A DNA stretch of 64,000 nt from Candidatus Latescibacterota bacterium (GTDB taxonomy: Bacteria; Latescibacterota; CBDEFO01): contig CBDEFO010000008.1 of the NCBI GenBank assembly GCA_965237525.1, positions 1,088,001 through 1,152,000 of the forward strand, written 5' to 3'. A model generated the notes under the pieces. It saw only the letters and a list, made by a program, of their open reading frames with translations. It made no database searches and had not been told where the DNA came from. The position numbers and the translations under genes were made by a program. Positions within the stretch are counted from its first letter, which is position 1, and each line of letters opens with the position of its first letter. This document shows positions 51,728 to 60,793 of the stretch, piece by piece.

Positions 51728-51805
51728 AATCTTCTCTGAAATGCGCTCTGGTTAGTCGCTTTCTGTCCAGCCCTCAAATAAGAATTTTGTCTTTCTTTTA
51801 GCCTC

Positions 51806-53650
51806 TCATAAGGCGCTTATGACCTCCAAAGCCATGTCATATTTAGCAAATGGAGGCATAAGATATGCGCCGTCCGTCATATTTGCGGCTAATTTAATAA
51901 AATCCTGCGCTATTCTTACGCCGACCCTTGGTGCTTCCTCCTTAGAAGCACTGGCCATCTTTTCCCTTATATCCTGGGGGACCACCATACCTGGCACCTC
52001 GTTATGCAAGAATTCCGCATGGCGAGAGGTCCTTAAGGGGAGAATGCCTACCAAAAGGGGCATGTTCAGGTGTTCTATCCTCTTGGTTGCAATCTCAAGA
52101 GATTCTATATCGTAAATTGGCTGTGTGAATATTACCTGAGCCCCCTCCTCGTTCTTTTTTTCCAGCCTCTCAATCTCAGCGTCTAAATCGTTGGCCAGGG
52201 GATCGAAGGCTACAGATATGGTAAACGATGTCGGTTGGGCTATCGTATTTCCCGCCAGGTCTTGACCACGATTGAAAGAGTTGATAATTCTGACCAGTCC
52301 GATGGAGTCTATGTCGAACACAGACGTGGCCTCTGGATAGTCGCCTATCTGAGCAGGGTCTCCTGTGATCGCAAGTATGTTCTTGACGCCTAAAACGTGG
52401 GCACCCAAGAGTTCCGATTGAATCCCCAGGATATTTCTATCGCGGCACGTAAAGTGCATTATGACCTCTATCCCAATTCTCTCTTGCAGCAGATGTGCCA
52501 CAATCATCGGGTTCATCCTGAGCCTTGCCCTTGCTCCGTCGGAGATGTTCAAGGCGTCCACGCCGTTATCTTTCAAAATTCCTGCGCCTTCCACCGCCTT
52601 TGATATATCCACCCCTCTCGGCAGATCCATCTCCACAGTAATGAGATATTTTGTCCCTATCTTCCGGGAGAATAAGGACCTTTCGCGCGGTCCGACCCCG
52701 GATACCTCCACCTCGTCATCGAGCGGCTCCACCTCCAGGGATGGGACGCCCACTCCGTCTTGCAGGCCCCTTTTAGATCCTAAAGTGACATCCTTTATAG
52801 CCTCCGCAAGGGCTTTTATATGCCGAGGCGTGGTTCTGCAGCAGCCGCCGATTAAGCCTGCCCCGGACTCTGCAAAGGTTCGGGCGTACTCTGCAAAGTA
52901 ATCTGGAGAGGCATTGTACGTGATCTTTCCTCTTACGAACTGAGGGAGACCTGCGGTAGGCTGAGCGGAGACTTTTATGTCCTCCTTGGAAGCTATGTCT
53001 TTGACTATAGAGAGCATCCTTTGAGGACCCACAATACAGTTGGCGCCTACAATATCCGCTCCCCAATCTAAGAGTCTGTCCCGCACCTTCCCTGGAAGAC
53101 CCTTGGCCAGAGTCCCGCCGTCCTCTATAAAAGCCTTTTGGGCCACGATAGGAATATCTGTAAGTTCCCTTGCGGCTTCAAGGGCTATTCTGAGTTCCTC
53201 TATATCGGAAAACGTCTCAAGGATAAGTAGGTCCACGCCCTCCTCAAGGAGGATTCCCATCTGACTTTTAAAGGATTCAAGAGCCTCCACCGGATCTATT
53301 CTACCTATCGGCTTAATTGGTTTGCCCACAGGGCCGACCGCCCCTGCCACCAGAGCCTTTCCCTCGGATGCCTTTTTGGCAATGTTCACAGCGGCTGCAT
53401 TAATTTCGTCAGCCCTGTCCTCAACTCCGAACTCTTTAAGCTTGAAGCTGTTTGCCCCATAACTATTGGTCTCGACTATTTGCGCTCCCGCTTGAATGTA
53501 CTCCTTATGCACGTCTTCTACAAGTTCCGGACGCGTCAGGTTGACCATCTCGAAGGGATGATCGAAGGCTATGCCCCTTTCATAAAGAAGCGTCCCCATA
53601 GCCCCATCGCAGACCACTACTTTTTCTTGGAGCATTTGTAAAAGATGCAT
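51806..53650 (-). CDS. yitJ: Bifunctional homocysteine S-methyltransferase / methylenetetrahydrofolate reductase (YitJ-like)
   Basis: DGAMGT, GANCIVGP, GGCCRTTP, then MTHFR part HFTCRDRN, ITGDP, FLHNEVPG. Confidence 0.9.
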   Translation of the reverse strand: MHLLQMLQEKVVVCDGAMGTLLYERGIAFDHPFEMVNLTRPELVEDVHKEYIQAGAQIVETNSYGANSFKLKEFGVEDRADEINAAAVNIAKKASEGKALVAGAVGPVGKPIKPIGRIDPVEALESFKSQMGILLEEGVDLLILETFSDIEELRIALEAARELTDIPIVAQKAFIEDGGTLAKGLPGKVRDRLLDWGADIVGANCIVGPQRMLSIVKDIASKEDIKVSAQPTAGLPQFVRGKITYNASPDYFAEYARTFAESGAGLIGGCCRTTPRHIKALAEAIKDVTLGSKRGLQDGVGVPSLEVEPLDDEVEVSGVGPRERSLFSRKIGTKYLITVEMDLPRGVDISKAVEGAGILKDNGVDALNISDGARARLRMNPMIVAHLLQERIGIEVIMHFTCRDRNILGIQSELLGAHVLGVKNILAITGDPAQIGDYPEATSVFDIDSIGLVRIINSFNRGQDLAGNTIAQPTSFTISVAFDPLANDLDAEIERLEKKNEEGAQVIFTQPIYDIESLEIATKRIEHLNMPLLVGILPLRTSRHAEFLHNEVPGMVVPQDIREKMASASKEEAPRVGVRIAQDFIKLAANMTDGAYLMPPFAKYDMALEVISAL

Positions 53651-53811
53651 TGTTCTACTTTAGTCTGGAGAAAGACCGCCGCTACCTATCCCTTGTAATC
53701 GGCATGCTTGGCAGCTCCACGAGGTATGTCTTTTACCTTCTGCAATGACAGAAAGCCAAAGCTAATCAATCTCTGTTAGACTGCCTCCATCCTGGCACCC
53801 TGTCTGCTACA

Positions 53812-54240
53812 TTAATATCGCCCCTCAGCTTTATCAGCCGTATACAGGTCGAAAGGTCCATGATCGGGGTTCTTCACAAAGTCCCCGTATTTTGCCTTGC
53901 ACTTATAGCAGATCGTCACTTCCGGACGCGTGCGGTACAATATCCAGTCCAAAAGAGCCCCGGCAAAGAGACTCATAAGATAGGTGTGATAGCTAAAAAG
54001 GATGCTGATCCCCACTATGCCCAAGCCCAGGAACTTGTTGAAATCCTTCTGGACGTAAAACTTCTCAAAACCGCACACGCAACACTTGTCGACAACTTTC
54101 GATTTTCGGATGGACTCTGACACATCGAAGGAGTTGGAACAGTTGGCACAGCTTATCCTGTTCTCCTCCAGATTCTCTATACTGTTCTTAGAAAGACAGG
54201 ACGGACAGCGGAAAGTTACCCTCATTTTAGCGATAAACAA
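53812..54240 (-). CDS. Hypothetical Zn-ribbon membrane protein
   Basis: CPSC, CANC, CCVC and CYKC pairs; FYVQKDF followed by two hydrophobic segments. Confidence 0.75.
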   Translation of the reverse strand: MFIAKMRVTFRCPSCLSKNSIENLEENRISCANCSNSFDVSESIRKSKVVDKCCVCGFEKFYVQKDFNKFLGLGIVGISILFSYHTYLMSLFAGALLDWILYRTRPEVTICYKCKAKYGDFVKNPDHGPFDLYTADKAEGRY

Positions 54241-54287
54241 GGAGTAAGAACTACCTCAATTGCGATAAAGGCTCAGGGCAAATCAAG

Positions 54288-54385
54288 TAGACAGTAGCCC
54301 CCGCTCCCCGATAGACTCAATCGGGGATGCAATCAGGGGTAGACAGTAGACAGGGTATCCCTTCCGCCCTGCATGCTGTCCACCG
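54288..54385. repeat. GTAGACAG-family repeat with nested palindrome (54306-54339)
   Basis: GTAGACAGTAG CCCCCGCT CCCCGATAGACTCAATCGGGG ATGCAATCAGGG GTAGACAGTAGACAGGG. Confidence 0.8.
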
Positions 54386-54454
54386 ACTTCTGTAATGTAC
54401 AGATATCTCTACGCCTTGATCGTACAGTAAAATACGGTCTCCAATCTTACTCTA

Positions 54455-55828
54455 TCACGAAGGACGCGTTCCTGTGAGGACGGCGTGAGCAGCGCCCGGC
54501 TTGGCATCAGAATAACGATATGCCCTTTGAGCCGATGGTTTCCCTAAGATCGTACTTCCCAAGACCTTAGATGCCGTCTTGCTGGCTACGTAGGGTTTCC
54601 TTATGTCAAACGGATTCTTCTCTATATAAGCCTTCCAGTCGCCGAGATTAGCTTTCGTCTGGATCATTCCTTTGACCATGCCGACGTCGTTGAGCATGCC
54701 CACATCGTCCGCCGGACCTATGAAGATGGAGCCCACTATCCTATCGTCGTCCCATACCAACTTTCGAAGTATAGGCCTTGAGGGGTTCGCAATTTCTGTC
54801 ACATCATGGTCCTCCCCCTGCCATATGCCGAAGCTTGCACAGTGGAGCCCGAGCACGTTGAGCACGTTCATAAGCAGACTTCCGGCGTACGCTGTTTCCT
54901 GTCCGGCCATATTTGCGCCTGCCACGCGGCCGTGGTCTATTGCTGTGGGCTGAATGGCGTGGACGGCTTTTTTCCCTGTCGAAAGGTCGGGACCCTCAGC
55001 CATATCTCCGGCAGCGTAGATATCAGGGATATTGGTCTGCATCTTCTGGTTCAGAAGAATGCCCTGGTTGGTCTCTATGCCTGAGCCTTTTACCAGGTCT
55101 ATGTTTGCGGTTATACCTGTGGCCATGATCACCAGATCAGCAGTCAAGTCCTGCCCGCTGGCCAGCTTGACGTTCTTCTTTCCACTTGAAGTTGTGTCTA
55201 TATTTGTGACACTCGTCCCGGTAAAGACCTTAACGCCCTTTTTCTCCAGCCACTTTTGCACCATCTGGGCGCTATTATTATCCAGCATCCGGGGGAGGAT
55301 CTGATCTTCGAGCTCCACCACGCTCAAGTTCCAGTGGAGCTTGCCCATAGCGTTCAGGACGATAAAGCCTATAAAGCCGGCCCCGATCATCACCACGTCC
55401 GCTACCTCTCCACCCGCAGAGAGAGCTTTCCTGGCATCGTTGAGGGTCCAGAGGTTATAGACCCCATCACCGTCTGCGCCCGGAATATCCAGCATCTGAG
55501 CCGAAGATCCTGTAGCGATTAAGAGCTTGTCGTACTCAACCGATGCCCCGTCATCCAGGGACACCTGATTCGACTTTGAATCTATAGACGAAACCCTCTT
55601 ACCGAACATAGTCTCCACGCCTAATTTGTCGAAGTACTCATCTCCTCCAGTATAGACATGTTTTTCGTTTATCTCTCCTGCGATGAAGTACGGCAGGACC
55701 ATCCTTGAGTATGCGGGTTCATCTGAGATCAAGGTGATGGACGAGCCTTTGCCGTCTATCTGTCTTATCGTCTCTATGGCGTTGATCCCTGCAGGGCCGC
55801 CTCCTACTATCACGTTCTTATTTGCCAT
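54455..55828 (-). CDS. FAD-dependent pyridine nucleotide oxidoreductase (AorC-like)
   Basis: GGGPAG, YSRMVLPY, LLIATGS, GAGFIG, IYAAGD; third gene of the aor cluster. Confidence 0.85.
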   Translation of the reverse strand: MANKNVIVGGGPAGINAIETIRQIDGKGSSITLISDEPAYSRMVLPYFIAGEINEKHVYTGGDEYFDKLGVETMFGKRVSSIDSKSNQVSLDDGASVEYDKLLIATGSSAQMLDIPGADGDGVYNLWTLNDARKALSAGGEVADVVMIGAGFIGFIVLNAMGKLHWNLSVVELEDQILPRMLDNNSAQMVQKWLEKKGVKVFTGTSVTNIDTTSSGKKNVKLASGQDLTADLVIMATGITANIDLVKGSGIETNQGILLNQKMQTNIPDIYAAGDMAEGPDLSTGKKAVHAIQPTAIDHGRVAGANMAGQETAYAGSLLMNVLNVLGLHCASFGIWQGEDHDVTEIANPSRPILRKLVWDDDRIVGSIFIGPADDVGMLNDVGMVKGMIQTKANLGDWKAYIEKNPFDIRKPYVASKTASKVLGSTILGKPSAQRAYRYSDAKPGAAHAVLTGTRPS

Positions 55829-55850
55829 ATCTATTCCCTCCGCAAAACAA

Positions 55851-55990
55851 GTAGACAGAAGTCAGGGCACCTCTTCGGCTCCCTTGAGATTGGTTTGGGG
55901 TTTCACCCCTCCGCAATGACAGAAGATATCAGTAGCGATTAAACCGTCATTGCTTCCCCTCGATTGAATCATCGGGGGGAAGCAATCTCA
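55851..55990. repeat. Composite GTAGACAG / CGTC-REP repeat with degenerate palindrome (55956-55979)
   Basis: GTAGACAGAAGTCAGGG...CGCAATGAC...CGTCATTGC TT CCCCTCGATTGAATCATCGGGGG GAAGCAATCTC. Confidence 0.7.
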
Positions 55991-56017
55991 ATTCTGTCGT
56001 TGAAACGATTCTCGCTA

Positions 56018-57862
56018 TTAGGCTGAAAGTCCAAGTTCGGCAAGTTTTTCGGGCGTTGGTTTTCCGTCGGATGTCCAGCCTCTAAGTTCGTAATATTCAG
56101 GCAACATCTCGTCCAGTTTGCTTACCTGACCCTTAGTAGGACCTTCTGGAATCACCTCCTGGAGGATGCGCTTGGGCAGAGTATCGTCCTTGCCCGTAAA
56201 GCCCGCCTTCTGGTTCCACAGCCGCTCGAGGTTCCATATCCTCTCGCCGGCCTGCATAAGTCCCTCCATATCGTAGTCTATTCCGGTCGCCGCGGTAAGC
56301 TCAGGCAATACGTCCTCCAGTCCGATGGCGAATGTGAGGAAGAGACATAGTCCCGTAGCATCGACGACAGATGTAGCGTCCTGAAATATTTTGGTTAGCT
56401 CCGCCTTGCCCTCTGTTGCGGAAGGATCCATCTTCTGAGGGATGCCCAATACCTCAGGCGCTACGGTGTATGCCTTAAGATGGCATGCTCCTCTGTTACT
56501 AGTGGCGTAGCCTAATCCCATCCCCTGCAGGGTCCTGGGATCGTACGCCGGGAACTCTGAGCCTTTAACACCCATGAAAAGATCAGGTTGTCCGTACTTC
56601 TCCGTCAGGCGCTTGGCTCCTTCAGCTAAAATGTCTCCGAATCCCTCTCTGTATCCTGTCTTTTCCACCATAGCCACTAAAGCGTCTCCACTTCCGAACA
56701 AGAGAGGCATCCCTGTCAGATCGTCGGATATATGCCCCTTCTCATAGAGCTCCATCCCCGCTGCCAGGGTGGCTCCCATTGAGATCGGATCGAGACCTAG
56801 CTCGTTGCAAAGATAGTTCGCTTTGATCAGGGCGTCCATATCGTCCACGCCGCAGTCGGCTCCCATCGCCCATGCAGGTTCGTACTCCGGTCCTTCGGTC
56901 GCTATTTTCCAGTTTCTCGGATGCGTCGTCACCATGAATTTGCCAGCCGCATCCTCCGGGAGTTTGGTCACACGTCCGCAGGCTATCGTGCAAGCAAAGC
57001 AAGCCTTGTTAGCTTCCAAGCGTGTGTCAGATAGTGTCTCACCGCTTATGTTCTCCGCTCTCCCAAACTGGGCCTTCTGGAAGTTGTTCGTGGGGAGTGA
57101 CCCGTGTTCGTTTATCACGTTCATCAGCACCAGGGTCCCGTATGTCGGCAGACCTTCGCCCGTCACGGGGTGCTCGCTGACCTTCGCCTTGAGGGCCCAC
57201 ATAGCGTTCATAAAGCCCTCCGGGTCGGCCAATGAAACTTGCCCTGTCCCTCGAACGGCGATGGCCTTGAGGTTTTTGGACCCCATAACGGCCCCTACAC
57301 CCGAACGACCCGCAGCTCTGTGTCTGTCGTTCATAATTGCGGCGAACTTGACAAGATTCTCTCCCGCAGGACCGATATTTGCAACTACAGCGTCCGGGAC
57401 TCCGACCTCACTCCGTACACCGTCTTCGGTCTCCCAGACAGTCTTGCCCCACAGACTCTCCGCAGAGCGTATCTCAACCTGATCGTCGTATATCCAGATG
57501 TACGATGGTTTGTCAGCTTTGCCCTCTATGATCAGAAGGTCGTATCCCGCAAACTTAAACTCCGGTCCCCAGTGACCTCCGGAGTTAGAAGTGGTAATAG
57601 TATTTGTCAAAGGACCCTTTGTTATAACCATGTAACGCGCCCCACACGATGCGTTAGTCCCCGTCAGCGGGCCTGTGGCAAAGATAAGCTTGTTCTCAGG
57701 ACTTAGCGGATCTGTCTTCGGGTCCATCTCCTCGTACAGATACCTTGCACCGACACCCCTTCCTCCTATGAAATCTCTGGCCCATTGAGCGTTCAGGCCT
57801 TCCACCTCGGATGTACCCTTTGTGAGGTTTACGCGAAGTACTTTTCCCGTCCATCCGTACAT
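56018..57862 (-). CDS. Tungsten-dependent aldehyde:ferredoxin oxidoreductase catalytic subunit
   Basis: MYGWTGKVLRVNL, AGRSGVGAVMGSKNLKA, CFACTIAC, EGPEYE, LGLDPIS, SNRGACH, DATGLCLF. Confidence 0.94.
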   Translation of the reverse strand: MYGWTGKVLRVNLTKGTSEVEGLNAQWARDFIGGRGVGARYLYEEMDPKTDPLSPENKLIFATGPLTGTNASCGARYMVITKGPLTNTITTSNSGGHWGPEFKFAGYDLLIIEGKADKPSYIWIYDDQVEIRSAESLWGKTVWETEDGVRSEVGVPDAVVANIGPAGENLVKFAAIMNDRHRAAGRSGVGAVMGSKNLKAIAVRGTGQVSLADPEGFMNAMWALKAKVSEHPVTGEGLPTYGTLVLMNVINEHGSLPTNNFQKAQFGRAENISGETLSDTRLEANKACFACTIACGRVTKLPEDAAGKFMVTTHPRNWKIATEGPEYEPAWAMGADCGVDDMDALIKANYLCNELGLDPISMGATLAAGMELYEKGHISDDLTGMPLLFGSGDALVAMVEKTGYREGFGDILAEGAKRLTEKYGQPDLFMGVKGSEFPAYDPRTLQGMGLGYATSNRGACHLKAYTVAPEVLGIPQKMDPSATEGKAELTKIFQDATSVVDATGLCLFLTFAIGLEDVLPELTAATGIDYDMEGLMQAGERIWNLERLWNQKAGFTGKDDTLPKRILQEVIPEGPTKGQVSKLDEMLPEYYELRGWTSDGKPTPEKLAELGLSA

Positions 57863-58347
57863 TATGCTACACCTCCTCTCATCGTCTCAGCGTAGACTGT
57901 GTTCACCCTATCCGACCATGGGCCTATCCAATCGGGGTCTTCCACTTCTACGTACTCTATTGCTGAGGTCGGGCAGGATCTGGCGCAGGCGGGATCGCCG
58001 CTGCAAAGGTCGCACTTGAAGGCCTTATTTGTATCCGGGTTGTAAAAGACGGTCCCAAAGGGACACGCTATCATACATAGAGCGCATCCGACGCATGTGT
58101 CCTCCGCAACGACCTTTGCTCCTGTATCTGCATCTATGCCGATAGCGTTGACAGGACAGGCTGTCATACACCACGCCTCATCGCACTGAAAGCAGGTGTA
58201 GGGTGAAAAGGTGGCCTGCTCATCGAAGATGTTCACTCGTATGAGCGATCTTGAAGGTTGAAACGTGCCGGTCTGTACCCAAGAACATGCCAGCTCACAC
58301 TGCATACACCCGGTGCATCTTTCGGGGATGATGTTAAGCGTTTTCAT
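57862..58347 (-). CDS. 4Fe-4S dicluster polyferredoxin (AorA-like)
   Basis: CTGCMQCELAC, CFQC...CMTACP, CVGCALCMIACP, KCDLC...CARSCP. Confidence 0.9.
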   Translation of the reverse strand: MKTLNIIPERCTGCMQCELACSWVQTGTFQPSRSLIRVNIFDEQATFSPYTCFQCDEAWCMTACPVNAIGIDADTGAKVVAEDTCVGCALCMIACPFGTVFYNPDTNKAFKCDLCSGDPACARSCPTSAIEYVEVEDPDWIGPWSDRVNTVYAETMRGGVA

Positions 58348-58498
58348 ATACTTGCTCCTCCTTTCTCAAGTAGACAGTAGAACAGATATTCACCTCTGTT
58401 AAGTAGACAGATAAGATTGCATCGTCAGACAGGAATGTCTGACCCACCGAGCTTAAGCACAAGCAATCTCACTTAGGCTGCCTTTCTCTGTTTGCTGT

Positions 58499-60745
58499 CT
58501 AATGATTTTTGCCGTTGTTCTTGATAGCTGTTACTATCCTCTCGAGGTTTACGGGGATGTCGTTGATCCTGATTCCTATAGCATCATAGACTGCGTTTGC
58601 CATGGTAGCTAACGTCGGAGCTATCGGAGGCTCACCTACTCCCTTTGCGCCGTAAGGCCCGTTTTCTATGGGGACCTCGACTATTACCGACTCCAGCATG
58701 GGCAGATCCAGGGCTGTGGGGATCTGATAGTCCAGAAGGTTGGGATTGCTGTTCGTCTGACCTTCGTACTTCATCTCCTCCATAATCCCCCAGGAGAGGC
58801 CCTGTATAGCTCCACCCTCCATCTGACCCTCTATTGCTGGAGGATTAAGCGCTGTGCCCACGTCCAGAGAGCCTGCAAACCTCAACACCTTGATCCTACC
58901 TGTTCCAGGATCGATCTTTATCTTGGCTATCTGCGCCGAAATTACAGGTGCGCTCGGATGGGGTGAAAATACACCGCTTTCGACTATGGGACCTCCATGG
59001 GCGTGGAGGCTCGCAGTAGCCACCTCCTGAAGCGTTATCGTCTCATCGGGAGATCCCAGGACAAAGACCTTCCCGTCCTTTATATCCAGATCCTCAGGAG
59101 ACGCTTCCAGGATCTCAGAGGCGATCCTAAGTATCCTCGCTTTGACTTTCTCTGCAGCCTGTTTGACAGCATTGCCTTGGGAGAAAGTCACGGCGCTTCC
59201 ACCGCTGCCGATGGCAAAGGGTACACTGTCGGTATCTCCTCTTTTCATAAGAACGCTCTCGTAGGAAACGCCCAGTGTCTCAGCGGCTATACAGGCTAGA
59301 GCTGTATCTGTGCCTGAGATGTCCATCGTCCCGTGGTGCACCTTCGCGGTTCCGTCCTCATGCAGTGAGATGCACGCGCTGGTGCCTCCTGCTCCGTTCG
59401 TCCACTCTCCAACGGCGACTCCCCATCCTTCGTGCTCTCCCTTTTTTCTGTTCGGCCAGTCCACTTTAGCCGCAACAGCCTGAAGAGTCTCCCTGAGCCC
59501 AACTACCGGCGCACTTCCACCCTCAGGGAGCTTATCCCCCTCAACTAACATGTTCTTCAATCTCAAATCCACAGGGTCTATGTCCAGTTCACAGGCAATC
59601 CTGTCCAGTTGAGCCTCCGAAGCGAAAGTCATCTGAGGGGCTCCAGGTGCCCTGTAAGCTGCCGGGGAGGGCTTGTTCGTATATACGGCATAGGCATCGT
59701 ATTTGATGTTCAGGATCTTATAGACGCCTTTGATCCTTCCTGTCTGTCCTATGGATGCCCCCGGCGCGACGCCTGTATCCCAGTAAGCGGACGCCTGCCT
59801 TGCTGTTATCATCCCGTCTTTCTTCACAGCCGTCTTTAGGGTTATCACGCATCCGGGAGCGGGTCTTCCGTCCAGGAACTCTTCATATCTGGACATCACG
59901 ATTTTGACCGGATGTCCCGTCGCCTGAGATAGGAGGACGGCATAAGGGTGATCCAGCATTCCGAACTTGGCTCCGAACCCCCCGCCTATGGTTGTTCCTA
60001 TCACATTGATCTTAGATATGGGAATATTCAGGGAGCTTGTCACGCTCGACCTGACGGAGAATATGCCCTGGGTGCACGTCCAGATGTTCACCTTCCCCGT
60101 AGGGTCCATGTCCGCCGCCACAGCGTTGGGTTCTATATAGGTGTGGTGAACCCTCGGGATAGTGTACGTATCCTCGAAGACGTAGTCGGCCTTTGAAAAT
60201 GCCTTGTCGACATCACCGGCGCTGTAGTGGGTCTCCCCCGCTATGTTGTAAAGTTTCCTGCCGTCCGGTCCTTCTATCGGCTCCACTTCCTCGTGTACCA
60301 GGGGAGCGTCCGGCTTTATGGCCTCCATCGGGTCGAAGACCGGCTTAAGCTCGTCGAATTCAACGTGGATAAGGTCGAGAGCGTCCTCAGCGATGTCGGG
60401 GTCTGTGGCCGCAACCGCCGCTATCTTCTGGCCCTGATAGCGTACCTTTTCTGAGGCAAAAAATTCCTGTGCTAACTTCATTCCGTGCGCCATGTCGTTC
60501 GTGGCAAGGACCTGTCCAGATGCTAAGTCCTTATATGTCAGCACCGCTTTGACTCCCGGAAGCTTCCGTGCTCTGCTGGTATCTAAATTCACGATCTTTG
60601 CGTGGGAGTAAGGGCTCCTTAAAGACTTTCCGTAAAGCATCCCTGGCAGATAGATATCTGCCGCGTACACCGCCCGCCCCGTCGCCTTCTCAAATGCATC
60701 CACTCTTGGGAGTCTCTTACCAAGAACGGAATAGTCTTGGGCCAT
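58499..60745 (-). CDS. Xanthine dehydrogenase family molybdopterin-binding large subunit
   Basis: RSPYSHAKI, IGGGFGAK, AYRAPG, GQMEGG, GAKGVGEP. Confidence 0.93.
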   Translation of the reverse strand: MAQDYSVLGKRLPRVDAFEKATGRAVYAADIYLPGMLYGKSLRSPYSHAKIVNLDTSRARKLPGVKAVLTYKDLASGQVLATNDMAHGMKLAQEFFASEKVRYQGQKIAAVAATDPDIAEDALDLIHVEFDELKPVFDPMEAIKPDAPLVHEEVEPIEGPDGRKLYNIAGETHYSAGDVDKAFSKADYVFEDTYTIPRVHHTYIEPNAVAADMDPTGKVNIWTCTQGIFSVRSSVTSSLNIPISKINVIGTTIGGGFGAKFGMLDHPYAVLLSQATGHPVKIVMSRYEEFLDGRPAPGCVITLKTAVKKDGMITARQASAYWDTGVAPGASIGQTGRIKGVYKILNIKYDAYAVYTNKPSPAAYRAPGAPQMTFASEAQLDRIACELDIDPVDLRLKNMLVEGDKLPEGGSAPVVGLRETLQAVAAKVDWPNRKKGEHEGWGVAVGEWTNGAGGTSACISLHEDGTAKVHHGTMDISGTDTALACIAAETLGVSYESVLMKRGDTDSVPFAIGSGGSAVTFSQGNAVKQAAEKVKARILRIASEILEASPEDLDIKDGKVFVLGSPDETITLQEVATASLHAHGGPIVESGVFSPHPSAPVISAQIAKIKIDPGTGRIKVLRFAGSLDVGTALNPPAIEGQMEGGAIQGLSWGIMEEMKYEGQTNSNPNLLDYQIPTALDLPMLESVIVEVPIENGPYGAKGVGEPPIAPTLATMANAVYDAIGIRINDIPVNLERIVTAIKNNGKNH

Positions 60746-60793
60746 CTTCTGTATCCCCTTTTAGATTAATTCAGGGCGAAATGATTTTTATGA

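Noticed and set aside
53651..53811. SAM riboswitch upstream of yitJ/metE
   Set aside because: Expected from context, but I could not find the SAM-I core motifs by eye; an Rfam scan would settle it.
7677..55979. Palindromic repeats as a CRISPR array
   Set aside because: Copies are dispersed or nested, with no regular repeat-spacer period and no cas genes.
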